Source: Hormiphora californensis (lineage: Eukaryota > Animalia > Ctenophora). Taken from it: 64,000 nt of DNA. Where the stretch lies: the NCBI GenBank assembly GCA_020137815.1, contig CM035353.1, positions 248,001-312,000 of the forward strand, in the 5' to 3' direction. Position 1 is the first letter of the stretch. Each line of letters begins with the position of its first letter. Below, piece by piece: positions 59,278 to 64,000 of the stretch. Under the pieces are notes generated by a model. The model worked only from the letters and a program-made list of their open reading frames with translations, ran no database searches and was not told the DNA's origin. Both the position numbers and the translations under genes were made by a program.

Positions 59278-59946
59278 TGTAGTATCGGTGGTCAAAGGGC
59301 TGGTCGTCTAAAGCCGAGGTTCGTACCTGGTCAGACGCGGTGACAGACGAGGTGAAGAGGTGTCGAGGTGAAGAGGTGAAGAGGTGTAGAGATGTAGAGA
59401 TGTAGAGGTGTAGGGGTGTAGATCGAGGGGATTACCGTTGTCGGAGGTGACAGGTATTGTAGGTTGTAGTGTTGAAGGTTGTAAGGGTGGATGTAGAAGG
59501 TTTTTGTGAAGTTGTGTTTATCAAAGTAAACGAACGGTTTTGGGGTAACAAAACAAAAGGTAAATTGTAAAACTTAGAAGTGAAGGCGGAGTTTGTTGTG
59601 ATGATTAATATCTTTTCGCCTTCCCATCGTCATGCCTATTGGCTTTAGCCAATTAGGAATGCCGATGATCAAGTGCGGTTGTTCTGAGTTGTTCTGACTA
59701 GTTCTGACTAGTTCTGAGTAGTTCTGAGTTGTTCTGACTAGTTCTGACTAGTTCTGAGTAGTTCTGAGCTGTACTGACGTTATATAATAGCTGTTCTGTC
59801 TCTATGCTCTCTAGTTCTCTGTGGTTACATAGCAACAGAGGGAGAGAGAGAGAGAGAGAGAGAGCAATAACGATTAACAGCTAGAGGTATAGAGAACTAC
59901 TGATATATATCTCTCTGGGCTCTCACTATCAGCCCCATATAGTACA
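59278..59946 (-). repeat. 5' LTR (669 bp)
   Basis: Direct repeat of 44447-45116. Confidence 0.95.
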
Positions 59947-61059
59947 AAACCCGAGTAAATATCCAATTGTGGAGATGAGGAGTCTGGGAGAGAGGTCCTC
60001 CATTGTCTATGCCTTTGTAATGAATATCTCTGCGATTCTTGGTGGTGCTATTTCCGGGGTAACAGTACCAGAGAGGTCAGAAGGGCCACCCTGATCGTTA
60101 CTACTCTTGGTACTTGGATGTTGATGACTGTACTTCTCATTGTACCCCGTCTTGTGAAGTGAGGATGTGGTCCTGATATATGTACTGACACTGACACATT
60201 TTAGTGTGCAATCATCATTGCCATCATTAATGATTTTTCTTTATTTTAGCATACATTACAAGTAAAGAAGAATCATAATTCGGACTCGAATATTTAAGTT
60301 AACCTACGCCCTCCATAGGAAGATATTCTTCTTAATTGTTGACTTCCGAACATTCATTACAAATTTTTATGACACTGTCGTTTATCTTGACTCATATTAG
60401 AATGTGTGATAACAGCCTATGGTATGGTCTTTTTTTGACGAGCAGATGTGGTATGTGTTCATGAATCTCTGATCAGAGGTACGTCATTGGCTCATTGGCG
60501 AATAATTGGAAATCTCATTTCCTTCGATTGCAAATTCTCTTCCAGACATGTCTCGCTCAGTCATGTCTTTCTCTCACATCTTTCTCTCTTGCTCTCTCTC
60601 GCTCTCTCTCCTTCTATCTCTCTATATCTCTCTCTGTCTCTGTCTCTCTCTCTATCGTTAAATCATTGTCCTCACTATTTCACTATAATATCCAATTAAA
60701 TAGTCAATCACTGTGAGGTAAAAACTGAGACACATCTAGACTTTTTCCAAAAAGAAACAAAACACAGTTCAGCTAAAAATAGACACTATCGCTTTTCCAC
60801 CGCCCCCAACATTCTCTACTCTGGGTTAGGAAGAACAGTCCCTCCCAATAAGGTTAAAGAGTTCGATCCGTGACAAGCGGTGCAACACATTGCCTCTCTT
60901 TCCCTCTCTCCTTGCCTGCAGATTACATACATATAATAACAACGACACGGTGATCAATCAGGCGGGGCCTAAAAAAGACAGTCAATACTAGATCTCTCAT
61001 CAGTTGATTCACATTTGGTGATCCTTCTCTTGCAAGTACGTCGACATCTTAACAGAGAA

Positions 61060-61723
61060 CCTCCAACAACCGGCCCGTCGAAATACACTTTTGCTCACTC
61101 GCCCACACACTCCTCCAGTTGCCTCTTCCTCTCCAGAACAGCAGGTGGGTATATGGTAGCACCATATTCTTCTTTCCTTTCTCAGGGGACCCCCTGTCCG
61201 CCTGTAATCAGAAACAATGTCCTTATCCCGGATGTGACTAAATACAACAGTTACTGAGCGGGGTTTGGCTGGATCCTTCAATTTGTTCCGGTGTACAGTT
61301 GATATCCGGCTGGATGTGAAGTCGGGAATGATCTCCCTAACATGCTTGGCCACCACCTCAGTGATGTCCTCGCTGGGGTCCTCTTTTATACCGGTCAGAA
61401 TGGTGGTAGATCTCCCGGAGTATGATTCAGAATCAGCAGGCGGTCCTCAAGGGAGGGGTGTCGTGGTTGCCAGTGGAGACAAGAGGTCCCATCGACTCCA
61501 AACGAGTCTCAAGAGCTGCATTACTCTTCTGGAGCTCAGCAACGGTGCTTTTGAGAGCAGCATTTTCCTCTCGGATCTCAGCGATGGCCAAATACAGAAC
61601 ATTGAATACTGCGGCAATGTCACCATGTTTAGCAGCAAGTTTTTTGGACTCAGCTATCACCTTAGACTGGTCTAGAGCAAGAAAGGCACTGGTATCGGTT
61701 CTAGTACGGGTAGCAGTGACCAT
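61060..61723 (-). pseudogene. Frameshifted LINE ORF1-like (coiled coil plus RRM) remnant
   Basis: Coiled coil IAEIREENAALKSTVAELQKSNAALETRLE, then in another frame ESYSGRSTTILTGIKE...ISTVHR...PRSVTVVF...DKDIV. Confidence 0.65.
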
Positions 61724-61821
61724 ATTAATTAATCAAGGTGGCAGGAATTTGTTGGGGTTGAAGAAGAGTAGATGTATCAGGAGCTCTAAAAACACGACCA
61801 AATATACGATGGCAATTGCAA

Positions 61822-63086
61822 TTAGAGTTGGTCATTCCTGTGAAACTCTACTCATGGGGATGGTTTGATGATCTACTACAGGAGATGGATAAGGGAAATG
61901 TTGTAGCTCTACTTCTGTGGACATGAGTGCAGCGTTTGACACGGTTGACCATGCTAAACTTGTGGATGTTTTGAGGAGGAGATTTGGAATAAGAGGAACA
62001 GCTCTCAAGTGGTTTACTAGCTATCTTGGATCGAGGAATTTCAGAGTCAACGTCAGAGGAGAACTTCGAAGATTATCTACCTCATTTGTGGAGTACCCCA
62101 AGGGTCCCTTCTTGGACCGGTTTTGTTTCTTTATATGTTGAGGAACTACAGGATCTGGTAAACAAATATGGACTCAAAATCAAGCTCTATGCAGATGACT
62201 CTCAATATATGTGAGTCTAGTCCCTCTTGATGAAGGTGGATGGAATATCACAAGGAGGAAAGTAGAAGAGTGTCTTGATCAGATCAAGATTTGGATGGTT
62301 CAGCATGGTGAAATGTAATGAGTCGAAGACGGAGCTCCTTCTTCTAGGGAAGAGCAGTGCAATTGACAAGCTGGCTTTTGAGCCTGTATTGGTTTGGAGA
62401 TGCAGATATCTACCAGTTGACTTCACAGGTACTACCGGAAAGACTCTGGGTATTTATATGGATGAGAACTTGACATTGGAACGTCAGGTGAACAGTGTCA
62501 AAAGAAAACTGTGGAATGTTACTGAGGAATTTGTGGCAGGTCCACCGATGCTTAGACTTCTCTACCAGAATCCTTCTTGTTAAGCAGCTGGTTATATCCC
62601 GCTTGGATTACTGCAATGTCCTCTACGGAGGTTTGCCAATGAAGCTCATCTCTCGTTTACAGAAAGTGATCAACTCTTGTATAAGGTTTATCTATGGACT
62701 CCACGGTCATCAAGAGGACTACCTCTCCTACATGAGAGAAACCCACATTCTTCCTGTGGAGCAAAGAGTGATCTTTAAGGCCTGTCTCATAGCCTATATA
62801 AGATTGTACATGGAAGTGCTCCAGATTACCTCATCGAGCAAATACCTACAGATATCGTTGATGTTACTTGCCGTACCAGAGCGACTGCTGTTCCAGACCC
62901 TTATAAGCTCCAGTACCGAAGCTGTCGAGCATTAATGCCAATTCTAAACTGAGGAAAAGGAGACCATCTGTTTTCTGCCAGATTGTGGAATGCACTCCCC
63001 CTTGAGTTGCGATCTCGGCCTACTGCGGAATCTTTCAAAACGGGTTTAAAGACAAGACTGTTTGTGGATGCCTTTGGATCAGGCTA
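61822..63086 (+). pseudogene. Decayed L2/CR1-group LINE reverse transcriptase
   Basis: GHSCETLL, DMSAAFDTVDH, GVPQGSLLGP, LYADDSQ, SRLDYCN and FKTGLKT are spread across several frames by frameshifts. Confidence 0.9.
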
Positions 63087-63797
63087 GTTCCGGTTGTTTT
63101 CTCCTTTATTCCAGCCTACTTCTTTTCTCGGTACCTGTACTCCTCCCATCACGTGTACTGTCTAGCGTAAGTATTGTACTTAGGTCTGTATCTTCTCGTG
63201 ACAAGTTTTTAACTTAGCTTTATTCTTGAGTTTGCAGCATGAGTGAAGCACGAGTGTGGTAATATTTTTCCGTTTTTCAGTTTCCCAGTTGTTTCAGAAT
63301 CTGTTCTCTGAACATTTCATCTGGGTCTATATATAGGAGTGATCAAGTGACAGTGGTGACATTTAACAGTGGCCTTTTTCGAGTTTTTTAATTTTGTCTG
63401 TTATGAGCCTAATCTGTTTTCCCACATATGTGAGCCGGATAATTTGGATTTTCCACCGTTTTTTAGTAGTCTATTAAATTGGGTCAAGTGTAGTTAACTG
63501 CTTGAGTTTCTTCAGTGGCAGCATCTGTAAAGCTCTGCTGTCCCTGTAGAATATGGGCAGGATATAAGTTTGAGTATTATTATTATATTATTATTATTTG
63601 TTTGTTTGTTTGTTAACTCACTTGTCAGCAATAGATACTTCCTATCAGTGAAAGTCCTCTCACTAACATCAGGTCCAGGGGTATCCCCTCCTCGTCAGGC
63701 TCCTCCCCCTTCTCAGCCAGGTTTTTCAGAAACTCCTTGTAGAAGGCTGATGTTTGTTCGTAGGCAACATGATCCCCTGGTAGGAGATCGCACCGTG

Positions 63798-63950
63798 CTC
63801 CAATTCTACCACCTGTAATTTAGTTGGGTGTGTTAGCTCCAATTCTACCACCTGTAATTTAGTTGGGGGTTTGTTAGCTCTAATTCTACCACCTGTAATT
63901 TAGTTGGGTGTGTTAGCTCAAATTCTACCGACTACCACCTGTGTAGTTGG
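63798..63950. repeat. ~39-bp tandem repeat (ctccaattctaccacctgtaatttagttgggtgtgttag)
   Basis: About four direct copies. Confidence 0.85.
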
Positions 63951-64000
63951 GTTGTGTGAGTGTTTGGTAGATACAACTTGTTATGTTCTAATCCTCTACA

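Larger units (their letters stand above)
44447..59946 (-). mobile_element. Full-length 15.5-kb Ty3/gypsy (Metaviridae) LTR retroelement with two env-like genes and accessory ORFs
   Basis: Paired LTRs (TGTA...TACA), PBS, PPT, gag, pol in PR-RT-RH-IN order, and extra ORFs between pol and the 3' LTR. Confidence 0.95.

Noticed and set aside
60007-60172. Possible - strand terminal exon just outside the 5' LTR
   Set aside because: Low-information peptide with no recognisable homology or partner exons.

Overview
Repeat-rich animal genomic DNA. It has spliceosomal introns, nested genes and a MITE repertoire that I associate with ctenophores such as Pleurobrachia, but that taxon is inference only. 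Positions 476-24899 (-) hold a ~20-exon plexin-domain-containing (PLXDC-like) gene that the ORF track misses. It carries extra Sushi/CCP-like modules, and two rhodopsin-class GPCR genes sit on the opposite strand inside its introns. An intronless TMEM131 lies at 28110-32474 (-). The standout is a 15.5-kb Ty3/gypsy LTR element at 44447-59946 (-) with 670/669-bp LTRs, a tRNA-His-like PBS, a PPT and intact gag and pol joined by a UUUAAAC -1 frameshift site plus hairpin. Unusually, it has TWO envelope-like genes: a class III gB/chuvirus-G-like one and a class I F-like one with a furin site and fusion peptide. It also carries an orphan basic ORF and two paralogous antisense Cys/His-rich ORFs, nearly all preceded by splice-acceptor motifs. 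The rest is MITEs, a foldback-like element, minisatellites, microsatellites and decayed LINEs (RTE, CRE, L2/CR1). All family assignments come from motif recognition by eye; no database searches were run.
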